A stretch of DNA of 64,000 nt from a virus (lineage: Duplodnaviria; Caudoviricetes): positions 32,001-96,000 of the IMG/VR virus record IMGVR_UViG_3300013121_000022. One strand, 5' to 3'. Below are positions 37,844-47,996 of the stretch, piece after piece; positions within the stretch are counted from its first letter, which is position 1, and each line of letters opens with the position of its first letter. Made by a program: the position numbers and the translations under genes. Below the pieces are notes generated by a model. It was not told the origin of the DNA, ran no database searches, and saw only the letters and a list, made by a program, of their open reading frames with translations.

Positions 37844-37855
37844 ATCTCTCTCCAA

Positions 37856-38833
37856 TTAAAAATCATGTATCTTGGCTGGTGAACCGACGTTAGGAGCGCT
37901 GACAGAAAATCCGGCCTGAACCAGTTCGCTGATAGCTCGCTGTTGATCAAAAACCTGTTCGTTCTCCGCAAAGTGAATTTCGCATTGAGTCTTGACTGGG
38001 CAATAGTTACATTTCCACCCAAATCCAAATCCATCCTCAGACCTTGCATTCGACATTGTTACCATTGGCCTGTCCATGTCAACGTAATGAGGCATTGTCT
38101 TTTTGATCCATGCCGATACATCTTCAATGTCGTCAAAATTGACGCGTTGATCTGCGCCGATCTGAACTCGTTTCACTGCCTCCATACTGCGATAAACCAC
38201 TTCGCCATAGCCTACATCAATCGGATCAACCTCAATCCAGTCGTCGGGCGTGGCCTGCCAAAACTCAATTCCATCGCGCAATTGAATGGGCTTACCGTCT
38301 ATGTCACTCAACATCCATCGATAGATGTTCAGTTGTTTTTTGTGCGTCGGCCAGGGCGAACCATACTTGGGAACGGACTTGGTTCGTTTGTAATCCCTAA
38401 TCAATGCCTGACCATTCTTATAGTCGAGCACGACCTCATCCATTCGCCCGGGGAGAATAAATTCCTTGCGATTGCTTCCGCGTCCCAAAACAACTCGTTT
38501 AGCAAATCGCTTTTCCCGAAATCCTTTGAATCCCTCTGGTTCAGGAGTCATTTCAACCATTGCATGAAAAAACGTACCGTCGATAGCGAATTGACCCTGT
38601 TCCAGTGAAAGCGTATAAGGACGATCTTGTTTCAGTCGAAATTCGCGGGGACATGTACCAGTAATGCTGGTTGCCGAAAATGCGTCATCACCCCGATAAC
38701 CCTTAACCATCAGGTATCCCATTGCATAAGTAAAGTCACTGGTGTTTGCGGGACTAGCTAACCATTGCAACAATTCATCTGCCGAAAAAACTCGTGTGGG
38801 TTGACTTTCAGTTGTGTAACCTAGTAATGTCAT
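37856..38833 (-). CDS. Cas4/RecB-like PD-(D/E)XK exonuclease with Fe-S cysteines
   Basis: CPR, G..FH, GRMD, DYK, QL.IY, C.YCP...C. Confidence 0.8.
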   Translation of the reverse strand: MTLLGYTTESQPTRVFSADELLQWLASPANTSDFTYAMGYLMVKGYRGDDAFSATSITGTCPREFRLKQDRPYTLSLEQGQFAIDGTFFHAMVEMTPEPEGFKGFREKRFAKRVVLGRGSNRKEFILPGRMDEVVLDYKNGQALIRDYKRTKSVPKYGSPWPTHKKQLNIYRWMLSDIDGKPIQLRDGIEFWQATPDDWIEVDPIDVGYGEVVYRSMEAVKRVQIGADQRVNFDDIEDVSAWIKKTMPHYVDMDRPMVTMSNARSEDGFGFGWKCNYCPVKTQCEIHFAENEQVFDQQRAISELVQAGFSVSAPNVGSPAKIHDF

Positions 38834-38850
38834 TAGTTATTCCTTTCAAG

Positions 38851-39405
38851 TTAAAAGTTAGTGTGATTAATGTTTGCTAGATCAATGCGCCACATAGACG
38901 ACTCTTGGCTAACCGCCCATATCATGATAGATACAGAGTCAATGGCGTCTTGACTTGATTCGTTTTTTAGTTGAGGAAATAGACTTTTGATCTCTTTGGC
39001 GATCATTGCTTTACTGGCGTTTCCGTTTCCAGTCAAAACTCGCTTCGCGTCGTGTACCGCTACAGCTACCGGAATGGCGTGATATTCAAAACATGCGGCC
39101 TCTATTGCCATTTCAATTCGACCCAAAGCCCGTTGCACAACTCTGTTTTGCTTCTCTCGCATTTGACGCATCGGAAACGGTTCAGCCGGATAACCAGATC
39201 GATGCCAGTCGGTCATCTCGTAATAAACATGTTCAACGGGTTTCTTTGCAATCATTCGCTGGATTGCAATATATTTTCGAGTAAGCACCGATCCTTCTTT
39301 TTTAGTAGCGGTAGCCGGAAGATTGAATGTGCCACACTCAATAATTTTGAGTCCTTCAAAATAAGTAAAGCCCATTTTCTGTCCAAGATCAAGTGCTAGA
39401 TTCAT
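38851..39405 (-). CDS. RuvC-like Holliday junction resolvase
   Basis: LALDLG, YE, TGNGNASK, DAIDS. Confidence 0.8.
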   Translation of the reverse strand: MNLALDLGQKMGFTYFEGLKIIECGTFNLPATATKKEGSVLTRKYIAIQRMIAKKPVEHVYYEMTDWHRSGYPAEPFPMRQMREKQNRVVQRALGRIEMAIEAACFEYHAIPVAVAVHDAKRVLTGNGNASKAMIAKEIKSLFPQLKNESSQDAIDSVSIMIWAVSQESSMWRIDLANINHTNF

Positions 39406-39767
39406 AGTATTGAAGTTAGCAATCCGCGTTTTTCGCGTGAGCGTTCATTGGCACATCTTGAACAATAGTCAGATCGCTTTGTAGGAACACCACATTGAAT
39501 ACAGAATCTCACAAGTTTTTCACGTGGTGTTTTGATCAACTTATGACACGAGAGTCCACATGGCAAATTCTCAAAAGGATAGAACATTCCTTTTTGGCAT
39601 TCCTCTCTAATCGTTCCAAGCGCTTCACAAATACAGTCGCGCCATGCGGCGGTTTCTTCACCCTCTACCGCTTTGGCTAACTTTATCGGCTTGAGTTGTT
39701 TGACCTGACCCGCTTTAGGGGATCGAGATTTCGGGATTCGTTTTTTACGTCGAACCATTTTGAACAC
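39402..39767 (-). CDS. Cys-rich hypothetical protein
   Basis: Several CxxC motifs. Confidence 0.45.
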   Translation of the reverse strand: MFKMVRRKKRIPKSRSPKAGQVKQLKPIKLAKAVEGEETAAWRDCICEALGTIREECQKGMFYPFENLPCGLSCHKLIKTPREKLVRFCIQCGVPTKRSDYCSRCANERSREKRGLLTSIL

Positions 39768-39969
39768 GGTCTATAAGACTCAGAGCTTGTTCAAAACTTC
39801 GTTTGGCCTGCGTCAAGTGAATGAATGCACTTTGTAACGTTTGGTTGAGTTCCCGAACACTGTCGTCTGATTTATAAATCTCCCTAAGCAATTCAATCGC
39901 GTCTATATTGTCTGATAGATTTTTCAAGTGCTGGTTATAATCAACCGTTGCAATATCCAGTTCGTCCAT
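39745..39969 (-). CDS. Hypothetical protein
   Basis: Coupled helical ORF. Confidence 0.45.
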   Translation of the reverse strand: MDELDIATVDYNQHLKNLSDNIDAIELLREIYKSDDSVRELNQTLQSAFIHLTQAKRSFEQALSLIDRVQNGST

Positions 39970-39971
39970 AT

Positions 39972-40418
39972 TTATTTTGTCGCACCTAATGTATAAACGG
40001 CACGACGATCTCCGTTTTTAGTCTTGATCACTGCTGACTTGAAATCAGGCAAGTGTTGTTTCATCCATGTCAGATGTGGGCGCAACAAAGGTTCAGATAA
40101 AGAGTTGTTGTAGACCCATTGAGACATATCCCGCATATAAACTGTCTCGCCTTTACTTTGGGTGACAATGACATACTCCAGAACCTTCGCCCATGTTGGC
40201 CTGAGTTTAATAGTCTTACCCCGATACGTCAAGGTGTTATCCATAATGTTTAATACATACCCACCAAAGGCAACTTCATCGTTGTAACCGCGAAAAGTAA
40301 GCGTATCATACAAATATGTCAACGCTCGTTGGGGAGCAGTCATCAAAAGTTCATGATAAACTTTGCGCTCAAAGCTATTCAATTTTCTATAATCAGGATG
40401 CAAGTTTCTAGTGTCCAT
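39972..40418 (-). CDS. OmpR-type winged-helix protein
   Basis: FGGYVL..LTYRGKTIKLRPT..KVLEYV. Confidence 0.5.
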   Translation of the reverse strand: MDTRNLHPDYRKLNSFERKVYHELLMTAPQRALTYLYDTLTFRGYNDEVAFGGYVLNIMDNTLTYRGKTIKLRPTWAKVLEYVIVTQSKGETVYMRDMSQWVYNNSLSEPLLRPHLTWMKQHLPDFKSAVIKTKNGDRRAVYTLGATK

Positions 40419-40635
40419 GTTTGTCTGTGCCTTTTTTCGTGTCTTTTTTGTCTGTCTTAGAGTCCGACATTATCAGACCATCCTCAGACAATTCTCTCAA
40501 AACTGTCTGAACCTGTCCGACAGAGACATTCAATACCGAAGCTATGTCAGAAGTGAGTTCGTCGGAAATATCAAAATCATAAAAGAAGTATAGTTCATAT
40601 ACCTGAGAATGTAAGGGAGTGCGATACAATTTCAT
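40408..40635 (-). CDS. Small winged-helix protein
   Basis: LTSDIASVLNVSVGQVQTVLRELSEDGLI. Confidence 0.55.
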   Translation of the reverse strand: MKLYRTPLHSQVYELYFFYDFDISDELTSDIASVLNVSVGQVQTVLRELSEDGLIMSDSKTDKKDTKKGTDKHGH

Positions 40636-41645
40636 GACAATATCGGCTTGACCCGTCCACTGAAAATGCCCTTACGTGCATTAGAGAGCATTTCCAAGAA
40701 CAAGTCGGCTGTGCCGCCTTCCTGATAGTAATCTGCAAAATCAAAACCTGATTTCACCTTTGGATCATACAATGTCCGCCAATCACACAAGATTACACGT
40801 GGTAAATGTCGTTTGATGTTCATTGTCCCAAGTTGGCCGGACTCGTCGGCGTCCAACCAGCAAAAGACTTCGCTAAATCGAGACAAATGACTATTGAAAG
40901 TTGAATCCCACGATCCTTCACCACTGGTTGCAGTGACAAAAGGCAGTTTAAGTTGATGTCCAAGAATAGTGTCTTTTTCTCCGCCTTTGATCACCACAAA
41001 TGGACTGTCTGATTTGACAAAGTGAATTCCATACAGATAATTGTGAGCACCGTCTTTATAATGCCATGTCTTGATTTCACCACGTGCGGCTTTAGGGCGA
41101 TACAATTTCAGATCAACAATAGTGTCATGGCGCAACGGATGTTGGATCGGAATTGAAAACACACCTTCACCAAACTTGCCAATCTTGTGACCGACAGCTG
41201 TCTCACGCTCGATTCCGGTCTTGGCAAGTAATTCGTCATAATCCGTATCCAGCATAGCATTGTGGAAAGCGTCTGGTTCATACGAATACTTGGGCGGATC
41301 GGGCGGAACAACATACGACTGACGATGAACAACATGCAAAGAATCAAACCCATGTTGCAAATGTGTGCAGGCAGTAATAAAATCCATGCCCTGAGTTTTC
41401 ATGACAAAAGAAATAATGTCACCTTGCTCAAGACAACCCCGACATAAATAACCATCCTTGTAAATCAGCATGGAGGGTTTGTGATCGCTGTGAAAGACAC
41501 ACAGATCAACCGAGTATGTCGGATAGTTGCGCCTCTTGACTTTTGGATACAAGTCTCGGAGATCGTAAGTCTCTTTGATGTACGCTTTTATTTCCGGTAT
41601 TGAATTGTAATCAAACGTATCGGCGTTACTGGTTTGGGTTTTCAT
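40632..41645 (-). CDS. DNA primase (CHC2 zinc finger plus Toprim)
   Basis: CVFHSDHKPS..CRGC..GDII; GGEKD, LDADESG, DFADY; start at MKTQ. Confidence 0.85.
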   Translation of the reverse strand: MKTQTSNADTFDYNSIPEIKAYIKETYDLRDLYPKVKRRNYPTYSVDLCVFHSDHKPSMLIYKDGYLCRGCLEQGDIISFVMKTQGMDFITACTHLQHGFDSLHVVHRQSYVVPPDPPKYSYEPDAFHNAMLDTDYDELLAKTGIERETAVGHKIGKFGEGVFSIPIQHPLRHDTIVDLKLYRPKAARGEIKTWHYKDGAHNYLYGIHFVKSDSPFVVIKGGEKDTILGHQLKLPFVTATSGEGSWDSTFNSHLSRFSEVFCWLDADESGQLGTMNIKRHLPRVILCDWRTLYDPKVKSGFDFADYYQEGGTADLFLEMLSNARKGIFSGRVKPILS

Positions 41646-42963
41646 ATAACAATCCACACGCTGGCACAATGTTGGTTTCGACTTTGAAATATGGACGACT
41701 TCGAGCGTACTTATATTCGAGTTGCAGGATCGATGGTGTCTCTTGCTGATTGTATTCCGTTCCGACAACCATTGATGCGCGACCTTCCGCACCACCACCA
41801 CCACGTAGCTTACCGTCACGCGAATATTGACTGATCGCAATTGTCAGAATCCCATATCGAGAGACAAGATTATCAACGGGCGGCACAACTCGATTCATCA
41901 CATCATAATCGCTTTCACCAGAAATCCGCCAACCTTGAAAGTTATCAATAATAACTTGCTCAACACCGTTGAACTCGATGTCTGCCGCAACCTTTGCCAT
42001 AACACCTTGAAACTCCAAAGAGTCTCCGTCATCCATTCCGGCAAAATACATGCGAATTGGAAGTGTTGTTATATATTCATAGGCGCGATCAATAATGTCG
42101 CCAATGCTTCCTGAGTAATCATTGGTCAGAACATCGTATCGCGAAAACGAAAACGGTACGAACTCACCATTATGACTTGTGCCGACTCGTTCAACAATAG
42201 CCAAACGACTGGCCTCCATTGCCCATAAGTCGCCCAATGCGTGAACACGATCTACCGAACCCTCATTGCACACCCATGCAAGCGCACCCTGATCGTGATT
42301 GCGAAGCATATTGATCATAAGGGTATTGGTGAAACTGGTCTTGCGTTGCTTTTCAAAACCAGAGACAATGACTAACTCGCCGGGGTTCTTTTGAACACCC
42401 CCGCCGAACGCAGTATCAATCGCCAAAATACCTGTGCTGATTCGGTGTCCGACCTTACCATCCTCTTTTTGTTTTTTGTATTTTTCGCCTGCGGCCTTGA
42501 TACTTGGATCGTAAGATTGACTGGTATCATGCGCTAATGCCGATACAGTTTCCTGAATGTTTCTAGCAATCTTGTCGATGTCGATCAAGTCGGCCTGAAC
42601 AACTCGCTTGACGCTGGTTGTTAGCGTATTGTGCAATTCTTTCTGCTTGGCAATTTGGCGCAAGCGTTCAACATTCTCCCAAAAAGAATTGCCTGCCTCA
42701 AACGACAGTTGATCGAAAATGGATTGCGGATTCCACTCGGTGTCCAGTAGACTCGGATTTTCGCGCAAGATATATGATGGCAAAACAACTCCATCTGTTC
42801 CAAAAGCAACACGCAAAATTTGATGTGCCTCTGAATCTGGAAAAATTTTCAAAACCTTTCCAGGAAATCGGCGGATCAATTCATTTCGTAAATGCGGCTC
42901 ATGAAGCAAAACCGACAATACGGTTTTTTCAATTTCGATTAGTGCTGAGTTATTGAAACTCAT
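41626..42963 (-). CDS. DnaB-like replicative helicase
   Basis: ISTGI..ID..FGG, GELVIVSG..KT (degenerate Walker A), VIIDN, ISQ.SR. Confidence 0.8.
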   Translation of the reverse strand: MSFNNSALIEIEKTVLSVLLHEPHLRNELIRRFPGKVLKIFPDSEAHQILRVAFGTDGVVLPSYILRENPSLLDTEWNPQSIFDQLSFEAGNSFWENVERLRQIAKQKELHNTLTTSVKRVVQADLIDIDKIARNIQETVSALAHDTSQSYDPSIKAAGEKYKKQKEDGKVGHRISTGILAIDTAFGGGVQKNPGELVIVSGFEKQRKTSFTNTLMINMLRNHDQGALAWVCNEGSVDRVHALGDLWAMEASRLAIVERVGTSHNGEFVPFSFSRYDVLTNDYSGSIGDIIDRAYEYITTLPIRMYFAGMDDGDSLEFQGVMAKVAADIEFNGVEQVIIDNFQGWRISGESDYDVMNRVVPPVDNLVSRYGILTIAISQYSRDGKLRGGGGAEGRASMVVGTEYNQQETPSILQLEYKYARSRPYFKVETNIVPACGLLYENPNQ

Positions 42964-44027
42964 TTCTTCACCTTGAATGCGTTAAGAGCTTCTTGTCTGG
43001 CTTTTTCTCGTGCCATATTCTCGGTTGAAATTCGCGTTGTGTCAATAGCAGGATTTGCTTTGACTTCTGGAATGTCTTTTGGTTCAAATACGCCATGACG
43101 ATCAATAGCCTTAAGAATCGAATTAACAATTCGACCTTTAGGAATTTTTGCTTTTACCGCCCAATCGATAGTTACCCTAAGTTTTGATGTGCCAATCTGT
43201 TTTTCAATATTCTCAAACTCATCACGCTGTTTTTCGGTGGCAAATTCTTTCCAGCGATAGTGGGGTGTGGGAATTTTTGCCGACTCGGTTTGAAGATATA
43301 AAGCGCCTGCCGTTCTAGGAGCAAATGTCTTGAAGCTAGCGGAAGTAAATCCGCCTCCAATCGCTGGTATCTTGAATTGAAGTTCCGCACCGCATTGACA
43401 ACAATAAGGTTGCTTCTCAAAGGACTGTCGTTCCAAGCAGTATGGACATTCAAATTGATCTTGATTTTTTGATTCAAGATAAATGACTTGAACAGGGATA
43501 ACAGAATCAACATCGGATGGTACGACGCCAGTCGAACCATTGGTTGTATTCTCTGTTTTTAATCTCTGCTTTAAGGACTTGCCGGAATCCGACATATGGG
43601 ACTTGTTGGATTCCGGCAAGTCGGAAATGCTGGATTCCGGCAAGTCGGAAATTGTCAAGTTCACGGATTTAGGGGTAAGGATTTCAATGATGTCACGTGT
43701 CAGAACATCAAGATCAACCCGATAATGGGTTTTAGGAGTTCCATACACTTTGGCTATTTTTGTGGTTACATATTTGCTGATGCATTTTAGAGCGGTTTCT
43801 AGTCCGCCTCTTGGCAAGCCCAACTCATCCTGCCAGTCTTGATCGGTTTTATAAAACCAACCATCATTGTCTTTGGTTTTATCACTCCAATAGACGCACT
43901 GACTTAAAAGTAATGCAGCTCGATGATTGTTATCAAGCAACGTCAGGTAAATACGTGGGATTGTCAGCACATTTGCCTGTCCGCTGATTGACTTGATAAG
44001 CGAGACGATTGATTTTTGATTACTCAT
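42960..44027 (-). CDS. Replication initiator (winged-helix, lambda O-like organisation)
   Basis: LLSQ..YW..DGWFYKT..W..ELGL N-terminus, internal iterons, upstream of the helicase. Confidence 0.8.
   Translation of the reverse strand: MSNQKSIVSLIKSISGQANVLTIPRIYLTLLDNNHRAALLLSQCVYWSDKTKDNDGWFYKTDQDWQDELGLPRGGLETALKCISKYVTTKIAKVYGTPKTHYRVDLDVLTRDIIEILTPKSVNLTISDLPESSISDLPESNKSHMSDSGKSLKQRLKTENTTNGSTGVVPSDVDSVIPVQVIYLESKNQDQFECPYCLERQSFEKQPYCCQCGAELQFKIPAIGGGFTSASFKTFAPRTAGALYLQTESAKIPTPHYRWKEFATEKQRDEFENIEKQIGTSKLRVTIDWAVKAKIPKGRIVNSILKAIDRHGVFEPKDIPEVKANPAIDTTRISTENMAREKARQEALNAFKVKK
43576..43646. repeat. Iterons / putative replication origin
   Basis: GGATTCCGGCAAGTC at 43608 and 43632 (24-bp period) plus an inverted copy at 43576-43590. 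Confidence 0.75.
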
Positions 44028-44308
44028 TTATTCTCCCTTTTCTTGATCGGCGCAGATCGAAACTTGTCTGGCTGTAAATGCGCCATGATAGCTAATTCAT
44101 GTGAACACATATCATGTTGACAGTCTTCACATTCGTATATAAATCCATGCTTGGATACATTGGTTACTTTGACAAAATGAGATTTCCGTCCACCGGACAC
44201 AATAAAAATTCCAGATGGATCGGTGAGAACGAACGATAGTTTCCGTGAATATCGGCGTCTCTTTTTTGTTGCGGGGAGTTTATGGGAATGATGTTGTGTG
44301 GATCGCAT
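44024..44308 (-). CDS. SWIM-like zinc-finger protein
   Basis: CEDC..CSH. Confidence 0.5.
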   Translation of the reverse strand: MRSTQHHSHKLPATKKRRRYSRKLSFVLTDPSGIFIVSGGRKSHFVKVTNVSKHGFIYECEDCQHDMCSHELAIMAHLQPDKFRSAPIKKRENK

Positions 44309-44464
44309 ATTTCCTCAGACCAGATATAGGCTACATAAAACCTAAAGCACACTAGCAGATAAACATTATTGAGGAAATATGCTTGTGTCTTGGTAACACG
44401 AAATGCTTACCTGCTAGTGTGCTTTAGGTGACTGGCATTATATGGCTAATCACCCGTTTGTCAA
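44305..44464 (-). promoter_or_regulatory. Promoter and structured 5' leader of the replication operon
   Basis: TTGACA(44464-44459)-16-TATAAT; long hairpin 44340-44429; 13-nt anti-SD/AUG sequence in its loop. Confidence 0.7.
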
Positions 44465-44562
44465 TGGATCGAAATTAAGGTCTTGTCATTTTAGATGAAA
44501 TGCTGTACACTTTTGCCTCACATACACTTTATCTGACATACAATTGATTTGAGGAAACATAC

Positions 44563-46323
44563 ATGTTACTAACTCTTGATCCTGATGAGCGTGAATTCTA
44601 TTTTGTTTTTTCGTTCAACGAAGACATCAAAAACGATCTAAAAGAATCGTTACCCGGTCGACAGTGGGAAGGTAATAGCACATGGTCAGTGCCAATTACA
44701 CCAACATCAATCCCGCTGGTGTTTGCATTTGCTGATAAGTGGGGATTCAAAATATCAGACGAAGCTAAACATGCATCGAGCATTTATGAAAATGCTGTTA
44801 CGAAACGCAAGGCCACATCTGGCGCAGTTGATGTGCCCGTTGAAATTACCATCAAGGGTATTCAGGGCGAACTCATGGGGCATCAAAAAGCGGCGGTTGC
44901 CTATGCTCGTCAAACAATCTCCAAAGGACGCGGCTTGATCATTGCGGATGAACCCGGTCTTGGCAAGACCTGCGAATCTCTGGCGATTGTGGAAGATCAA
45001 AACGCTTATCCAGTGCTTATTATTTGTCCTGCCAAACTCAAGCTCAACTGGAAAAACGAAATTGAACGCTGGCTACCCAATCGTTCTGTAATTGTAATCT
45101 CTGCTGGTAAGAAATCCAAAAAAGAAAACGACGAGTCGCTTATTACTCCTGCCGAATACATGGAACTTTGTCCGATGTCTGATTTTGTTGTAGTGAATTA
45201 TGACATTGTGCGCGATGTTGAAATCAATCCACATTCAACGTCAAACTTCGATAAGTACATTGTTCCAGAAGGAACGCTCAGTCATACACTCATCAACGCC
45301 TTCAACCCAACGTCAGTGATATTCGATGAGGGACACGTCATCTCAAACTATAAATCGGCGCAGACTCGTACCGCTAAAAAAATTGCCGCCAGACGAAAAG
45401 TTAGATTACTGTTGACTGGTACACCTGTGGTCAATAAACCTCAAGACTTGCTTTCGCAACTTACCGCCATTGGTCAATTAGAGGCGCTAGGCGGATTTAA
45501 TTTCTTTCGAGAAAAATATTGCGGTGTTACCGATTTCAATCCCAAAGGATCACCGTCGAATCTAATCGAGTTGCATGATCGACTTACCGAAACCTGTTAT
45601 ATCCGCCGAACCAAGAAAGACGTTTTGAAGTTCCTGCCCGAAAAAATGTATGCCGAAGTTGTGTTTGCCAATGACAACAAAAAAGGCTACACGATTGCGC
45701 TTGCCAATTTATTGGATGGCGGCGACCACAAACAAATGTCCAGCGGCATGACTGAGGTTGATGCCATGAAAGAACAGGCCGCACTCGGAAAGATGGATGG
45801 AGTTGTAGAGTGGGCAGAAAAGAACTTCATTGACTCCAATACCAAACTGGTTATCTTTGCATGGCACAAATCAATTCAAAAAGAATTGTTCACACGCCTT
45901 AGTGCCATAACCAGTTGCGCTCGACTGTCGGCGGACGATTCGGATGCACAGGTTGAAGCGTACAAGGAAAAGTTCAATAACGATCCGAACTGCCTGATTA
46001 TGATTGCCTCAATGAAGATGGGTTCGGTGGGACATACTATTCACGCTAATGGTCTGGCAACCAACGTAGCCTTCATGGAGTTTGGCTGGAATCCAAAAGA
46101 TCACATTCAATCCGAAGATCGTATTCACCGTATCGGGCAGACTGGACAGGTCACGGTTTGGAATTTGATTGCCGACGGAACAGTTGATAGAGACATCTTG
46201 GAATTGATTGCGGTCAAGCGAAAGATTGTCAATCAAATTGCCGATGGAAAAATCTCTAGCGATCAATCTGAGGACTTGAATATCTATCACGAACTCATGC
46301 AACGAATTGGACAAATGCGATGA
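44563..46323 (+). CDS. SNF2-family helicase with HARP-like N-terminus
   Basis: ADEPGLGKT, DEGH, LTGTP..N, WNP....QSEDRIHRIGQ. Confidence 0.92.
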   Translation: MLLTLDPDEREFYFVFSFNEDIKNDLKESLPGRQWEGNSTWSVPITPTSIPLVFAFADKWGFKISDEAKHASSIYENAVTKRKATSGAVDVPVEITIKGIQGELMGHQKAAVAYARQTISKGRGLIIADEPGLGKTCESLAIVEDQNAYPVLIICPAKLKLNWKNEIERWLPNRSVIVISAGKKSKKENDESLITPAEYMELCPMSDFVVVNYDIVRDVEINPHSTSNFDKYIVPEGTLSHTLINAFNPTSVIFDEGHVISNYKSAQTRTAKKIAARRKVRLLLTGTPVVNKPQDLLSQLTAIGQLEALGGFNFFREKYCGVTDFNPKGSPSNLIELHDRLTETCYIRRTKKDVLKFLPEKMYAEVVFANDNKKGYTIALANLLDGGDHKQMSSGMTEVDAMKEQAALGKMDGVVEWAEKNFIDSNTKLVIFAWHKSIQKELFTRLSAITSCARLSADDSDAQVEAYKEKFNNDPNCLIMIASMKMGSVGHTIHANGLATNVAFMEFGWNPKDHIQSEDRIHRIGQTGQVTVWNLIADGTVDRDILELIAVKRKIVNQIADGKISSDQSEDLNIYHELMQRIGQMR

Positions 46324-46684
46324 CAAGACTACAACGATCTATCAATCGAGAGATCAGTCGTCTGGAGGGTTTTGTGGCGACTGGACTTCTCTCCAAGTTG
46401 ATACATGGAACGTACTGGAAGATGCAATCGAGCGGCGAGATTCGGCTAGTCTTGTTGCGAATGATTTGGTGAAACTAAACGATACTCTTGAAGTGTTTGC
46501 TGGCTTATCAAGCAGTGAAAGTCGGGAGTTAAAAGATTTGGCGCGAGAGTGGAAAAAGCGCCATACAGCCTCAAAGAAAATCTACGCCAGATCGCAAAAG
46601 GCTTTTGACGCAATCTCGAATCGTATTAGTAAAACGCTGGCACGTATCGATGAACTCAAAAAATTGGATATTCAGAAAGAATAG
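46307..46684 (+). CDS. Hypothetical protein
   Basis: Coupled ORF. Confidence 0.45.
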   Translation: MDKCDDKTTTIYQSRDQSSGGFCGDWTSLQVDTWNVLEDAIERRDSASLVANDLVKLNDTLEVFAGLSSSESRELKDLAREWKKRHTASKKIYARSQKAFDAISNRISKTLARIDELKKLDIQKE

Positions 46685-46689
46685 ACAAA

Positions 46690-47115
46690 ATGAATAATTT
46701 CTACATCATGAACAATCTACTCAAGTTCCTTGAAAATCACACGATGCGCGGCGATTGTTTATGCGGTCAGTGTATCGATACAGGAGATGGATCGCAACCA
46801 ATTGGACATACAGCCGACTTGATGTTTTTCAAAGTTGCCCTAAATGAAAGTGGATCATCCAAACAACAACTGAAAGACGATCTATTGGCGGCAATCAAGT
46901 CCGATTATCCTGATTTGCTGGACGGACAAGAACATTCATATATTGAAATTGGTTATTGGATTGGTGGTCAGGATTGGGCTTTGCGTTTAATGGGTGCATG
47001 TGACTTACTCGGATTGATGACTCTGTTGACTCCGCGCAAGATACTCTCCGGTGCTGACGAATCATTGCTGATGTCTGCCGCGCAATCTGGATTTATTACT
47101 GTACAGAAAAGATAA
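46690..47115 (+). CDS. Hypothetical protein
   Basis: Coupled ORF with CLCGQC. Confidence 0.55.
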   Translation: MNNFYIMNNLLKFLENHTMRGDCLCGQCIDTGDGSQPIGHTADLMFFKVALNESGSSKQQLKDDLLAAIKSDYPDLLDGQEHSYIEIGYWIGGQDWALRLMGACDLLGLMTLLTPRKILSGADESLLMSAAQSGFITVQKR

Positions 47116-47117
47116 TC

Positions 47118-47513
47118 ATGACTGACTACACACCGACACTAAAGCAATTTCCGTCCCTGTTACTGAGACAGCGATTCATAGATATTATCGTTGATCCGAT
47201 TTCAAAAACCGGAGTTCGATGTTTTTACATTTCCGAAGATGGCGAAGTCCGAATCATGAGTCCATTGGGATTTGAACTCAATAATCCAAAGGTAATTTCT
47301 GTAACGAACGAAGAAGCGACTCAACTTTTATCGGGTGGTTTAGCCGATCATTGCGCTCAGGCATTTACTTTTTTTGGATGGCCGCGTATACTAGACGATC
47401 TAACTGATGTCCGACAAACACTGTTGAATCACGCTTTTGTCGAAAAGGCAAATCGCTTAGAATGCTTGTCAATGTATGAATGTACAAGCAACTATGTTGC
47501 GTTTTTGATATGA
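47118..47513 (+). CDS. Hypothetical protein
   Basis: Coupled ORF. Confidence 0.5.
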   Translation: MTDYTPTLKQFPSLLLRQRFIDIIVDPISKTGVRCFYISEDGEVRIMSPLGFELNNPKVISVTNEEATQLLSGGLADHCAQAFTFFGWPRILDDLTDVRQTLLNHAFVEKANRLECLSMYECTSNYVAFLI

Positions 47514-47696
47514 ACACCGATTACTTGGGCGATCCGATGCCAGATGGTTACTCCCGATGGTTTTGTTCGGCTTGCGGAGCGGGTTGAACTTTTGAGGCCA
47601 TGAGTTGGTGTAGCCAACCCGATAATACTTGTCCGTTTGTGATCGAAAAACCGACAGTCAATTTTGAGTATTTTGCATTCATTCAAAGGATAGACG

Positions 47697-47996
47697 ATGA
47701 ACATATTGAAACGACTTAAGTTTAGGTGGGACAATGGCCGCGATATATTACCCGGCGAAACTGAACCAGTTGTAATTGAAGGGCGATCAACTCGCGTGGT
47801 CTTGATGATTGACGATGGATTGGACGCCGAGAACCATATCATCCTGAGACGACTGCGGGGATTGTTGCTTGGCTATGGTTCAGGCTGGACATTTCAACAA
47901 GCGTTTGTTGACGCGGTTGTTCCGTACATTGCAGTATTATGCGCGATCTTGGTTATCATACTTTGTTTTGTATGGATGTTTTTCTATGCCTTCTAA
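47697..47996 (+). CDS. Membrane protein
   Basis: C-terminal hydrophobic helix; AAAGGA RBS. Confidence 0.5.
   Translation: MNILKRLKFRWDNGRDILPGETEPVVIEGRSTRVVLMIDDGLDAENHIILRRLRGLLLGYGSGWTFQQAFVDAVVPYIAVLCAILVIILCFVWMFFYAF

Noticed and set aside
37943-38608. Long antisense ORFs (also 26310-26855 and 53531-54139)
   Set aside because: They are shadows of well-supported genes on the other strand and have no recognisable motifs.
37856-38833. CRISPR-Cas locus suggested by the Cas4-like gene
   Set aside because: No repeat-spacer array or other cas genes; solo Cas4-like nucleases are common in phages.
41646-41840. N-terminal extension of the primase ORF
   Set aside because: It overlaps the helicase C-terminus; the real start is more likely at 41645.
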